A stretch of DNA of 64,000 nucleotides from Oscillospiraceae bacterium (GTDB lineage Bacteria > Bacillota > Clostridia > Oscillospirales > Oscillospiraceae): the NCBI GenBank assembly GCA_902768805.1, contig CACXMX010000002.1, forward strand, positions 6,241-70,240, given 5' to 3'. This document shows positions 1 through 8,730 of the stretch, piece after piece. The position numbers and the translations under genes were made by a program. Each line of letters starts with the position of its first letter. The stretch's first letter is position 1. The notes beneath the pieces were generated by a model. It worked only from the letters and a program-made list of their open reading frames with translations. It ran no database searches and had not been told where the DNA came from.

Positions 1-569
1 CGGACCGGTGCCCGGGATTCCGAGCGCGGGGCGGAAGGCTGTCTTCCCCGCGGGACTGCAGGGATGTTTCCCTCTGCGGAGGGCTCTTCGTTCCGGGTCC
101 TTCCGTAAAAGAGCTCTTCCATCTCCCGGTCAAAGCCGCCGAAATACTGCGATCCCGAAGGACGCTGTGCTCCGCCTTGCGGCAACGCGGCTCCTCCGGC
201 GTGAGGATCGTTTGCCGCCTGTCTGCGTACATCGACGCTGTCTGTGCCGCGCATCAGATCATCCCAGCTGAGCTCCGTGTAAACGGGAGAGGTACGCCCC
301 GTTTTTCCCTGAGGTTTTGGGGCCGCGGAAGGCCGTGCGCCGCCGGAAGGTCTTTCCGGAGCGGAGTATATCCTGCCGCCGCGGGAACCCGACGGCCGTG
401 GAGAGGAAGCCGGAGAGGCGGGAGCGGAGGGCCGCCCGTTGTTTCCGGTCCTTCGGATGGGAGTATAGGGTACATCGGTGAAGAGCGGCGTGTCCTCCGT
501 GAATTCAAAGTCCGGCGGACGGGACGCAGCCCCGCTGCCCCGTGTAGATCTGTTGTCGCGATCATCCAT
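1..569 (-). CDS. hypothetical low-complexity Pro/Ser/Gly/Arg-rich protein; 3' part lies outside the window
   Basis: The minus-strand frame is open from ATG 569-567 (GGAGG 10 nt upstream) to the window edge: MDDRDNRSTRGSGAASRPPDFEFTEDTPLF... It is absent from the ORF track because no stop falls in the window. No family recognised. Long open frames also arise by chance in GC-rich DNA. Confidence 0.35.
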   Translation of the reverse strand, partial: MDDRDNRSTRGSGAASRPPDFEFTEDTPLFTDVPYTPIRRTGNNGRPSAPASPASSPRPSGSRGGRIYSAPERPSGGARPSAAPKPQGKTGRTSPVYTELSWDDLMRGTDSVDVRRQAANDPHAGGAALPQGGAQRPSGSQYFGGFDREMEELFYGRTRNEEPSAEGNIPAVPRGRQPSAPRSESRAPV

Positions 570-643
570 GAAGCGGATACCTCCGTGTGTCCATACGCGA
601 ATTGACGTACTGTCGCTGAGGAGCTGTCCGGCTCCTTTATGGG

Positions 644-675
644 AAAAACCGCCGGAAACGTACTTCCCCGGCGGT
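644..675 (-). terminator. intrinsic terminator downstream of yebC
   Basis: GC-rich stem ACCGCCGG (648-655) / CCGGCGGT (668-675). On the minus strand it is followed by a T-run (A-run 644-648 on plus). Confidence 0.6.
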
Positions 676-692
676 CTGAATCATCCCGGATA

Positions 693-1427
693 TTAGTCCT
701 CGTTCTCCCAGTTGTGCCAGACATTCTGCACATCGTCGTTGTCTTCGAACATCTCGAGCATCTTGGTCATGTTCTTGATGTCGCCCTCGTCGGTCAGGGT
801 AACGTAGCTTTGCGGAACCATTTCGACCTGGGCGGAGAGAAGATGATACTTGGCGCTGAGCGCTTCGGACACGGACGCCACATCGTCCGGCTGAGTGTAG
901 ACAGTGAAAATGCCCTCTTCTGTCTCCAGATCGTCGGCGCCGGCGTCCAGGGCTGCCTCGAGAACGGAGTCCTCATCCAGATCTCCGTCTTCGTTGTCGA
1001 TGACAATGACGCCCTTTTTGTCGAAGGACCAGGATACGCAGTTGGCCGGGCCGAGGTTCCCGCCGTATTTGTCAAAATAGTGACGTACATCGGAGGCGGT
1101 GCGCTTGCGGTTGTCGGTCATGGCGTCCACGATCACGGCAACTCCGGACGGGCCGTATCCCTCGTAGGTAACGGACTCGTAGTTGTCCGTAGAGCCGCTG
1201 CCCAGGGCCTTTTCTATGGTGCGCTTGATATTGTCGTTGGGCATGTTTGCCGCCTTGGCCTTTGCCACAACGGCCGCCAGTCGGGAATTGTTGGCGGGAT
1301 CGCCGCTGCCGCCTTCCTTGACAGCCACGATCATCTCGCGGGCAATTTTGGTGAAGGCCTGGGCACGCTTGGCGTCCTGAGCGCCCTTGGTTTTCTGTAT
1401 GTTATGCCATTTGGAATGTCCGGACAT
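693..1427 (-). CDS. yebC: YebC/PmpR family DNA-binding transcriptional regulator
   Basis: 244 aa. The N-terminus MSGHSKWHNIQKTKGAQDAKRAQAFTKIAREM is the hallmark of this family, and the length is as expected. Confidence 0.95.
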   Translation of the reverse strand: MSGHSKWHNIQKTKGAQDAKRAQAFTKIAREMIVAVKEGGSGDPANNSRLAAVVAKAKAANMPNDNIKRTIEKALGSGSTDNYESVTYEGYGPSGVAVIVDAMTDNRKRTASDVRHYFDKYGGNLGPANCVSWSFDKKGVIVIDNEDGDLDEDSVLEAALDAGADDLETEEGIFTVYTQPDDVASVSEALSAKYHLLSAQVEMVPQSYVTLTDEGDIKNMTKMLEMFEDNDDVQNVWHNWENED

Positions 1428-1461
1428 ACTGGTATTCCCCCAAAAATCAAATACTTGTCAG

Positions 1462-1490
1462 ATTATAGCACCAAAACTCCCCTGTGACAA
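1462..1490 (-). promoter_or_regulatory. SigA-type promoter for yebC
   Basis: On the minus strand: TTGTCA (1490-1485), a 17-nt spacer, then TATAAT (1467-1462). It lies about 35 nt upstream of the yebC ATG. Confidence 0.55.
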
Positions 1491-1516
1491 GGGGGATCGG
1501 TGCCGGCGCATAGCCT

Positions 1517-2398
1517 TCAGTCACGCTCCCATTCCGGAACGGAGTCGGCTTCTTCGTAGAGCCGCACATAAGAACCGTGGCGCGACAGCGGGATCTGACC
1601 CGCCTTCACTGCTTCAAGGACAGCGCAGTCCGGCTCGCGCCGGTGTGTGCAGTCGCGGAAACGGCAGCGTCCCAGGTAAGGAGAAAACTCCGGAAAACAG
1701 TTCTGCAGCTCATCGGGCCGGATGTTCTCCATCTGATCGATGTCGAAAGAGCCGAAACCCGGAGTGTCGGCAATATATCCTCCTCCTGCCAAAGGAAAGA
1801 GTTCCACATGCCGCGTCGTATGTCGTCCGCGTCCCAGCGCGCGGCTCACCTCTCCGGTTCTGAGCGACAGCCCCGGATCCATGGCGTTGAGCAGGCTGCT
1901 TTTGCCGACACCCGAGTTGCCCGCGAAAGCGCATATCCTGCCCGATGTACGCGCTGTCAGTTCATCCACGCCTTCCCCCGTTTCCGCGCTGGTCCTTACG
2001 ACGGAGGCCCCTGCCGCGGTGTAGATCTCCAGCAGACGGTCTGCCGCGTCGAGATCCGTCTTGTTCACACACAGCAGGAATTCACATCCGTGATGCTCGG
2101 CCAAGGCCCAGACCCGGTCAATGAGAAACGGATCCGTTACCGGATTGACGGCTGCGGCAACCATGACCATGAGATCGATGTTTGCGACCGCGGGACGGAC
2201 AAAACGGTTTCTGCGCGGCAGGATCTCGCGTACAGTGCCGCTTCCGTCGGAAGCGCGTTCCGCGATCACTCTGTCGCCCACCAGCGGGCTTGAGCCGTCC
2301 AGCCGGAATTTCCCCCTGGCACGGCATGTTATGGGTCCGTCCGCGGTCTCGACATAATAGAAGCCGCTGAGCGCTTTTACGATCAGTCCCTCCGCCAT
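1517..2398 (-). CDS. rsgA: ribosome small-subunit-dependent GTPase A
   Basis: MAEGLIVKALSGFYYVETADGPITCRARGKFR..., GNSGVGKSSLLN P-loop, C-terminal zinc cluster CRFRDCTHRREPDCAV. I preferred the ATG at 2398 over the track's GTG at 2404 because it sits 3 nt after the prkC stop. Confidence 0.92.
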   Translation of the reverse strand: MAEGLIVKALSGFYYVETADGPITCRARGKFRLDGSSPLVGDRVIAERASDGSGTVREILPRRNRFVRPAVANIDLMVMVAAAVNPVTDPFLIDRVWALAEHHGCEFLLCVNKTDLDAADRLLEIYTAAGASVVRTSAETGEGVDELTARTSGRICAFAGNSGVGKSSLLNAMDPGLSLRTGEVSRALGRGRHTTRHVELFPLAGGGYIADTPGFGSFDIDQMENIRPDELQNCFPEFSPYLGRCRFRDCTHRREPDCAVLEAVKAGQIPLSRHGSYVRLYEEADSVPEWERD

Positions 2399-2400
2399 AC

Positions 2401-4134
2401 TCACCCTTCCGTACCGGGAACGCCGATGGGGATGGCTTCGCTGTCGGGTTCGGGTTCCGGCGTCGTCTCCGGTCCGAGAGAGACCTGAAGATATATCCTG
2501 GAGAAAACGGGCAGTTCGGTTCCTGCCTCAACATTCTGCCCTACCACGGCGCCCTCCGGGATGCTGTCGTTATAGACGGTGCTGACGGAGACGAGCGTGA
2601 GCTTGTATGCTTCAAGCATCGTTTCGGCTTCCGACTGGGTATAGCCCACCAGATACGGCATGATCACGGTCTCCACCTCGGGGCCGACGCTGATGGTAAG
2701 ATATACGGTCGCTCCCGCGGGGAGCTTCTCTCCCGGCGCGGGGCTGATATCCACGACGAAGTCCTTCTCCGTATTGTTGTCCGAAGCGTAGATCTTCTCC
2801 ACGACGAATCCGAGCTTTTCAAGCTCGCTGGTGGCTTCGCGGTAATCCCTGTTGACGCAGTCGGGTATCTCGGTGAGCATGACGCCCGTGGAGATCGTCA
2901 GGCTGACGTTGATCCCCTTGTCGGAGAGCATATAGCTCTTGCCGGCCTCGGGCTGCTGGCTGATGATGATCCCCTTTTCCACATCCGGATCGATCTCATA
3001 CAGCAGATCGAAATGAAATGATTTGGTGAAATTCTTGCTGTTGATGATCGTGTCGTAATAGCTGCCTACAAAATTCGGGATCTCGATGCGCTGTCCGGGA
3101 GAGAAGATATCCTTCAGCCAGTAATTCCAAAGGAAAACGCTCAGGAACACAATGAAGGCCATAACCCCGAAAAAGCCGGAGAGCATGCTCACGACCTTGG
3201 ACCTGCGGCGGCGGCGGTCATAATTCTCGCGGGACATCTCTCCCGCCGTGCTCACAGGGGCCACGTTTCCGCCTATCTCCTCCGACGTTCCCGTCAGGAT
3301 CCTGCGGAAGCGTTCCAGATCGGATACCAGCTCATCCGCGCTCTGATAGCGCTTCTCCAGGGAGGGCTGCATGGCTTTCCTTACGATCGCGGCAAATCTC
3401 TCCGGGATAGTCGGAACAATGTCGCGAAGAGGCGTGGGTACGGCAGACAGATGCTTCAGAGCGATGGTCCGGTCGTCGTCCCCGTCAAAGGGCAGCATGC
3501 CCGAAAGCATCTCGTACATGACGATGCCGAGAGAATAGATATCGCTCCTCTCATCCACGGGCAGCCCTTTTGCCTGTTCGGGGGAAATATAGTGTACCGA
3601 GCCGATGGCCTCGTTCTCCACGTCCGGGACCTCGGACTGCAGGTTTGCGATGCCGAAATCCGCCACTTTGATCGTCTCTTCCCCGACGACAAGGATATTC
3701 TGAGGCTTTATATCCCTGTGGACGATCCCCTTGCTGTGCGCGTGGCTGAGGGCCTTGGCGATCTGCAGAGAGTAATCCAGAGCCTTCGCCGTGCTCAGGG
3801 GGCCGTGCTCGTTCATATACTGTTTGAGCGTGATCCCGTCAACGAGCTCCATGACGATGTACTCTATATCGTCGGTATGGCTTACGTCATATACGCCGAC
3901 AATGTTGGGATGACTCAGCTTTGCGATGGCCCGGGACTCGGTTTGGAAGCGCTGGCGGAATTTCTCATTCTCAGCCAGCTCGGGTCGCATGATCTTAACC
4001 GCAACGAATCGGTTCAGCCTGTTGTCCATGGCTTTGAAAACCACGGCCATTCCTCCGCTGCCGATCCCCTCGATCAGCTCATAGCGGTCCTCCAGAACGA
4101 TCCCGCTGTATTGATCGATATGTTCGTTATCCAT
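2401..4134 (-). CDS. prkC: Ser/Thr protein kinase with C-terminal PASTA repeats (PrkC-type)
   Basis: 577 aa. Kinase motifs GSGGMAVVFKA, HRDIKPQN and DFG, one TM segment, then repeated PASTA-like modules. It follows stp as in B. subtilis. Confidence 0.93.
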   Translation of the reverse strand: MDNEHIDQYSGIVLEDRYELIEGIGSGGMAVVFKAMDNRLNRFVAVKIMRPELAENEKFRQRFQTESRAIAKLSHPNIVGVYDVSHTDDIEYIVMELVDGITLKQYMNEHGPLSTAKALDYSLQIAKALSHAHSKGIVHRDIKPQNILVVGEETIKVADFGIANLQSEVPDVENEAIGSVHYISPEQAKGLPVDERSDIYSLGIVMYEMLSGMLPFDGDDDRTIALKHLSAVPTPLRDIVPTIPERFAAIVRKAMQPSLEKRYQSADELVSDLERFRRILTGTSEEIGGNVAPVSTAGEMSRENYDRRRRRSKVVSMLSGFFGVMAFIVFLSVFLWNYWLKDIFSPGQRIEIPNFVGSYYDTIINSKNFTKSFHFDLLYEIDPDVEKGIIISQQPEAGKSYMLSDKGINVSLTISTGVMLTEIPDCVNRDYREATSELEKLGFVVEKIYASDNNTEKDFVVDISPAPGEKLPAGATVYLTISVGPEVETVIMPYLVGYTQSEAETMLEAYKLTLVSVSTVYNDSIPEGAVVGQNVEAGTELPVFSRIYLQVSLGPETTPEPEPDSEAIPIGVPGTEG

Positions 4135-4170
4135 AAAGCACCCCCATGGGCAGGAAAAACTCAGATAAAC

Positions 4171-4902
4171 TCATAAACGAGCCAGAAGAACGGTCACATT
4201 ATCCGGCGCTCCTCTTTCCAGCGCCATGGACAGCAGCTTTTCTCCCGCGTCCTTCAGTTCGGTCTCATGGGAAAGCACCCCGGCCAGTTCCCTGTCGGTG
4301 ACCATATTGCTCAGACCGTCCGAGCACAGCAGGAGGGTATCGCCGGGGCGCAGATCGATGCGGAATATATCGCAGGGGACCCTCCGCTCCATGCCTACGG
4401 CGCGGGTGATCACATTTCTGCGCGGATGGGTCCGTGCCTGTTCCCGATCGATCAGGCCGGCGTCCACCATCTCCTGTACAAGAGAGTGATCCTTTGTCAC
4501 CTGCTGGAGCTGTCCCTCGGCCATCCAGTAGCATCGGCTGTCGCCCACGTTCACGATCACGCAGTCCTCCGCGGTGATCACGGCGGCCACCAGAGTCGTC
4601 CCCATACCGCGGCAGGCGTCGTCACGCATTGCGCGGTCATATACACGCAGATTCGCCCACGCGGCCGCTTCACGCGCCGTATCGTCCGCCAGGGGAGGCA
4701 CGGCGTCCGAAAAGCGCTCAAGCGCATATTCCGCGAACGCCCCGGCGGCCGTCTCAGACGCAACTTCTCCCGCGCGTTCTCCGCCCATGCCGTCGCAAAG
4801 CACAAGGGCGGCGGCGCCGCGCTCGGGCACATCCTCGGCACGAAAAGCGTCCTGGTTGACGGCGCGCACCGATCCTTTGTCAGTTATTCCGAAATACGTC
4901 AT
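4171..4902 (-). CDS. stp: PP2C-family Ser/Thr phosphatase (Stp/PrpC)
   Basis: 243 aa. MTYFGITDKGSVRAVNQDAF, DGMGG and SDGLSN motifs. Conserved partner of prkC. Confidence 0.93.
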   Translation of the reverse strand: MTYFGITDKGSVRAVNQDAFRAEDVPERGAAALVLCDGMGGERAGEVASETAAGAFAEYALERFSDAVPPLADDTAREAAAWANLRVYDRAMRDDACRGMGTTLVAAVITAEDCVIVNVGDSRCYWMAEGQLQQVTKDHSLVQEMVDAGLIDREQARTHPRRNVITRAVGMERRVPCDIFRIDLRPGDTLLLCSDGLSNMVTDRELAGVLSHETELKDAGEKLLSMALERGAPDNVTVLLARL

Positions 4903-5947
4903 TTTCCGACCCCACCGAATTGCGCCGAAGCTGACCGCAGGACGCGTTCACGTCGCTACCGAGTCTGCGCCGGACTGTGACATTTACGCCGTTTGACTTG
5001 AGAATATCCGTAAACCGCCTGATCGCGGCAGACGAGGAAGGCTCAAATCTTCGTTCCTCCACCTTGTTGAGCGGTATCAGATTCACATGAGCTCCCAGAG
5101 ACTTTACCCGTGAGGCTAGAAGTTCTGCCTGAGCGCCTGTATCGTTTACCCCGTCGATCATGGCGTACTCAAAGGAGATCCTTCTTCCGGTTCTGCGGAA
5201 GTATTTATCGCACGCGGCGAACAGCGCGTCCACACCCCGGCCTCTGTTGGCCGGCATGAGCCTGGAACGGGTCTCATCGTCCGGCGCGTGCAGCGACACC
5301 GAAAGCGTCAGCTGCAGGTTTCTCTCCGCCAGATCGTCAAAGCGTTCGATTATCCCGCAGGTGGACAAAGATATATGGCGCATGCCTATATTCCGGCCGT
5401 CGGGATGATTGACCAGCTCAAGGAAACGCATCACATTGTCGAAATTGTCCAGAGGTTCTCCTATACCCATAAGCACGATGTGCGAAATGGGAAGGCCGGA
5501 GACCTTCTCGGAGAAAATGACCTCGTCAAGCATCTCTGAGGGCGTCAGATCGCGGACCTTTCCTCCTATGGTGCTCGCGCAGAAAGCACATCCCTGCGCG
5601 CAGCCTACCTGAGAAGAGATGCACACGGTGTTGCCGTAACGGTAGCGCATGACCACAGTCTCCACGGCATTGCCGTCGAACAGCCTCCAAAGGAACTTAA
5701 CCGTTCCGTCTGTCTCGGATACAAGCTTCCGGACAGGTTCGGGAGCGTAAAGACGGCACATGCCGTCCAGCCGGGTCCTGAGCGTCTTCGGAAGAGACGT
5801 CAGTTCATCCCAGCTCCCGCAGCCGGCGGCGAAGCGGGAAAACACCTGTCCCGCCCGATAAGAAGGCTGGCCGAGCTCCTTAAAGAGGAGCGCCAGTTCT
5901 CCGGGCGTTAGGGATTTGATATCGATCCTGTCGTTGCTCGCAGTCAT
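4880..5947 (-). CDS. rlmN: 23S rRNA (adenine2503-C2)-methyltransferase, radical SAM
   Basis: 355 aa. Radical-SAM Cys triad inside CAQGCAFCAS and the C-terminal ASCGQL motif typical of RlmN/Cfr. Confidence 0.93.
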   Translation of the reverse strand: MTASNDRIDIKSLTPGELALLFKELGQPSYRAGQVFSRFAAGCGSWDELTSLPKTLRTRLDGMCRLYAPEPVRKLVSETDGTVKFLWRLFDGNAVETVVMRYRYGNTVCISSQVGCAQGCAFCASTIGGKVRDLTPSEMLDEVIFSEKVSGLPISHIVLMGIGEPLDNFDNVMRFLELVNHPDGRNIGMRHISLSTCGIIERFDDLAERNLQLTLSVSLHAPDDETRSRLMPANRGRGVDALFAACDKYFRRTGRRISFEYAMIDGVNDTGAQAELLASRVKSLGAHVNLIPLNKVEERRFEPSSSAAIRRFTDILKSNGVNVTVRRRLGSDVNASCGQLRRNSVGSENDVFRNN

Positions 5948-7239
5948 GATCTCCTCAGTACAGCATAATAAAATCCGTCGGTCCCGAACTCATGCGGCCG
6001 TATCGTTCTCTGTCCGATGAGAGAAAATCGGCTGTCTTCGGAGAGGAAAGCTTCGGTGACCCCTTCGTTTTCCTCCCGGAGGACGGTGCAGGTGGAATAG
6101 AGCAGCGTGCCTCCCCGCTTAACGCATCCGGCAGCGCCCCGGAGTATACGAAGCTGAACGGCCGGCAGCGCGGCGATGTCTTCGGGTGATTTGTTGCGGA
6201 TCTCCGGCTTTTTTCGGATCACCCCCAGCCCCGAACACGGAGCGTCGGCAATGACCAGATCAAAGGCGGAACGCAGCTCCTCCGGTGGGTCGGCGGCGTC
6301 GGCGGGCATCGTGCGGATGCTTTTCAGCCCCAGCCGCGCCGCGTTTTCCTCCACGCGGGAAAGCTTTTTCGCGTGCAGATCGCAGGAGAGGATCTCGCCC
6401 CGGTCTCTCATGAGCACGGCGCAGAGCATGCTTTTTCCCCCGGGAGCGGAGCACAGATCCAGCACCCGCATCCCGGGCTCGGGATGCGCGGCGATCACGC
6501 CCGTGGAGGCGGCGGCATCCTGCACAAAAAACTCTCCCTCCGCGTATCCCGGAAGAGAGGCGGCCGAACCCGCCGCGGAGATCCTTATCGATATTTCCGA
6601 GAGCGGGCTCAAAGCGGCGTCAAGCCCGGCGTCGCGAAAGCGGTTTAAAAGAGAGACGGCGTCGGTACGGCAGAGGTTCGCCGTCACCGTAAGGTCCGGC
6701 GGGGTATTGTCCGCTTCAAGAAAAGCCCTCGCGTTATCATAACCGTATTCGGATACAAGCCTTTCGCACAGCCAGAGAGGGTGGCTGAAGCGGATTGACA
6801 GCTCCCGGGGAGTACCGGCTTCCGGAAGATCGGGAAGGGCGTTTTTGCTTCTCTCCATGCTTCTGAGCACCGCGTTGACCAGCCCGGCGGCCCCGGGAGA
6901 GCCGCGCTTGGCAAGTTCCACGCTCTCGTTTACGGCGGCCGACGCCGGAATGCGGTCCGTCAGAAGGAGCTGTGCAGCCCCGAGCCGCAGGATATCCCGT
7001 ACGGCAGGATCAAGATCCTCCGGGAGTCTTGAACAGAATTTTGATATGTACCAGTCCAGAAGCGCCGCGTTCTGAAGAACGCTTCTGCACAGTCTCAGGC
7101 AGAGGGCCGCGTCCCTGTCGCTCAGAGAGAATTTTGTTCTTGCGCTGTCCGCGGTCTGCTGTGTCCAGGCATCGAAGCGCCGGCACCGGGACAGGACCCA
7201 GATCGCGGCGGCCCGCGCGGGTGAAACGGAGCGGCTCAT
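5944..7239 (-). CDS. rsmB: 16S rRNA (cytosine967-C5)-methyltransferase
   Basis: 431 aa. NusB-like N-terminal domain, SAM pocket DLCSAPGGKS, catalytic DAPCSG and YSTCT motifs. Confidence 0.92.
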   Translation of the reverse strand: MSRSVSPARAAAIWVLSRCRRFDAWTQQTADSARTKFSLSDRDAALCLRLCRSVLQNAALLDWYISKFCSRLPEDLDPAVRDILRLGAAQLLLTDRIPASAAVNESVELAKRGSPGAAGLVNAVLRSMERSKNALPDLPEAGTPRELSIRFSHPLWLCERLVSEYGYDNARAFLEADNTPPDLTVTANLCRTDAVSLLNRFRDAGLDAALSPLSEISIRISAAGSAASLPGYAEGEFFVQDAAASTGVIAAHPEPGMRVLDLCSAPGGKSMLCAVLMRDRGEILSCDLHAKKLSRVEENAARLGLKSIRTMPADAADPPEELRSAFDLVIADAPCSGLGVIRKKPEIRNKSPEDIAALPAVQLRILRGAAGCVKRGGTLLYSTCTVLREENEGVTEAFLSEDSRFSLIGQRTIRPHEFGTDGFYYAVLRRS

Positions 7240-8156
7240 CCGACCCGGATAGGATGGCCCAGCAGCCAGGAGGCCGCGGACATACGCTTTTTGCCGGCAG
7301 GCTGAAGCTCTGTGATACGAAGCGTCTTCCCTTCTCCGCAGGCAACTTCTATTCCCCGCCGGTCAGCGCACACCACAGTACCGGGCGCCCTTTCCGTCAC
7401 AGTGTCGGTATACTCTGCTCCGAAAATCTTAAGATCCGTGCCGTCCAGCCGGGCTGTGGCCGAGGGCCACGGATCCAAACCGCAGATCTGCTTGACGATC
7501 ATGCGGGGCGTCTTCGTCCAGTCAATGGGGCTGAAGGAACGGTCAAGCATCTTCGTATAGGTGGCAAGAGAGTGATCCTGAGGAGTCCTTCCGGCCGTAC
7601 CCGCCTCGATGGAACGGACCGTTTCGGTAAGGAGCTCGGCCCCGAGAATCATAAGCCTGTCGAAAAGCTCTCCGGAGGTCTCGAACTCCCCGATCTCCGT
7701 CTCCCGCCGTGAGATGATATCCCCGGCGTCCATTTCTTTGGCCATATACTGCACGGTCACTCCCGTGATGCGGTCTCCGCTGAGTATGGCCCACTGGATC
7801 GGAGCAGCGCCGCGCCAGCGCGGCAGCAGGGATCCGTGAAGATTGATGCTTCCGAGCTTCGGTACCGAGAGAAAGTCCTCGGGCAGAAGACGGCCGTAAG
7901 CCACGGCGACCGTGAGATCCGGCCGGACCTCTCTGAGGATCCCGGCCGCGGCGCCGTCCGAGAAGGTCTCGGGCTGGTACACGGGGATGCCGGATGCCTC
8001 GGCCAGTTCCTTGACCGGCGACGGAGCCAGACGCATCCCGCGGCCCCGGGGCCGGTCCGGCTGCGTGAACACAGCCGCTATGTCCCGGCCTTCGTCCAGC
8101 AGCGCTTTAAGGGACGCGCGGGCGAAATCCGGCGTTCCGAGAAACGCGATCCTCAT
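7236..8156 (-). CDS. fmt: methionyl-tRNA formyltransferase
   Basis: 306 aa. MRIAFLGTPDFA, INLHGSLLPRWRGAAPIQ. Confidence 0.95.
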   Translation of the reverse strand: MRIAFLGTPDFARASLKALLDEGRDIAAVFTQPDRPRGRGMRLAPSPVKELAEASGIPVYQPETFSDGAAAGILREVRPDLTVAVAYGRLLPEDFLSVPKLGSINLHGSLLPRWRGAAPIQWAILSGDRITGVTVQYMAKEMDAGDIISRRETEIGEFETSGELFDRLMILGAELLTETVRSIEAGTAGRTPQDHSLATYTKMLDRSFSPIDWTKTPRMIVKQICGLDPWPSATARLDGTDLKIFGAEYTDTVTERAPGTVVCADRRGIEVACGEGKTLRITELQPAGKKRMSAASWLLGHPIRVG

Positions 8157-8725
8157 TCGGCAGGATTCCCTTCTGCTTCGGTTCCGATATCGTCGATATC
8201 GTCCTCGTATTCCTCGTCTTCTTCACCGTCGCCTCGGAGGCGGGCGAGTTCCTCGTCGGTGAGCATCCGTTCGGCCTTGTCCGGGAAAAGGATCCCGTTG
8301 AGATGGTCAATCTCGTGGCAGAAGGCGCGTGCCGTCAGATCCACTCCTTCTACCTCAAAGGGAACGCCGTTCCTGTCCTGAGCGCGAACGATAACGCGCT
8401 GCGGACGCTTTACTATGCCGTATTTGCCGGGAAAGCTCAGGCAGCCCTCGCCGCCGATCTGCTCCCCCTCCTCGAGGATGATCTCGGGATTGACCAGTTC
8501 AACGAAATAAGGCTCCTCATCCTCGCCCACGTTGGTCTCCAGCACGACGCAGGCACGGCGGATAATCCCCACCTGGGGAGCGGCCAGGCCCACGCCGTCC
8601 TCTTCCAGCATGGTCTCACGCATATCGTCGAGAAGCTGGTGAAGGCGCTCGTTGAATTCCGTATAGGGACGGCAGACTTTTCTCAGCGCGGGATTCTCAT
8701 CTGTAAGTACATTTCTTAATGCCAT
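8153..8725 (-). CDS. def: peptide deformylase with an acidic C-terminal tail
   Basis: I placed the start at ATG 8725 (MALRNVLTDENPALRK...). Motifs GVGLAAPQVG, EGCLSFPG and HEIDHLNG. The track's longer form (to 8974) overlaps priA and has no deformylase similarity. The last ~30 residues are Asp/Glu-rich. Confidence 0.9.
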   Translation of the reverse strand: MALRNVLTDENPALRKVCRPYTEFNERLHQLLDDMRETMLEEDGVGLAAPQVGIIRRACVVLETNVGEDEEPYFVELVNPEIILEEGEQIGGEGCLSFPGKYGIVKRPQRVIVRAQDRNGVPFEVEGVDLTARAFCHEIDHLNGILFPDKAERMLTDEELARLRGDGEEDEEYEDDIDDIGTEAEGNPAE

Positions 8726-8730
8726 TGCGT

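Noticed and set aside
254-733. 159-aa minus-strand ORF and overlapping plus-strand ORFs (8-271, 177-605) at the window start
   Set aside because: The 254-733 ORF would start inside yebC. None of them has an RBS. A different minus-strand frame with a GGAGG RBS at 569 fits the gene organisation better, although that frame is itself low-confidence.
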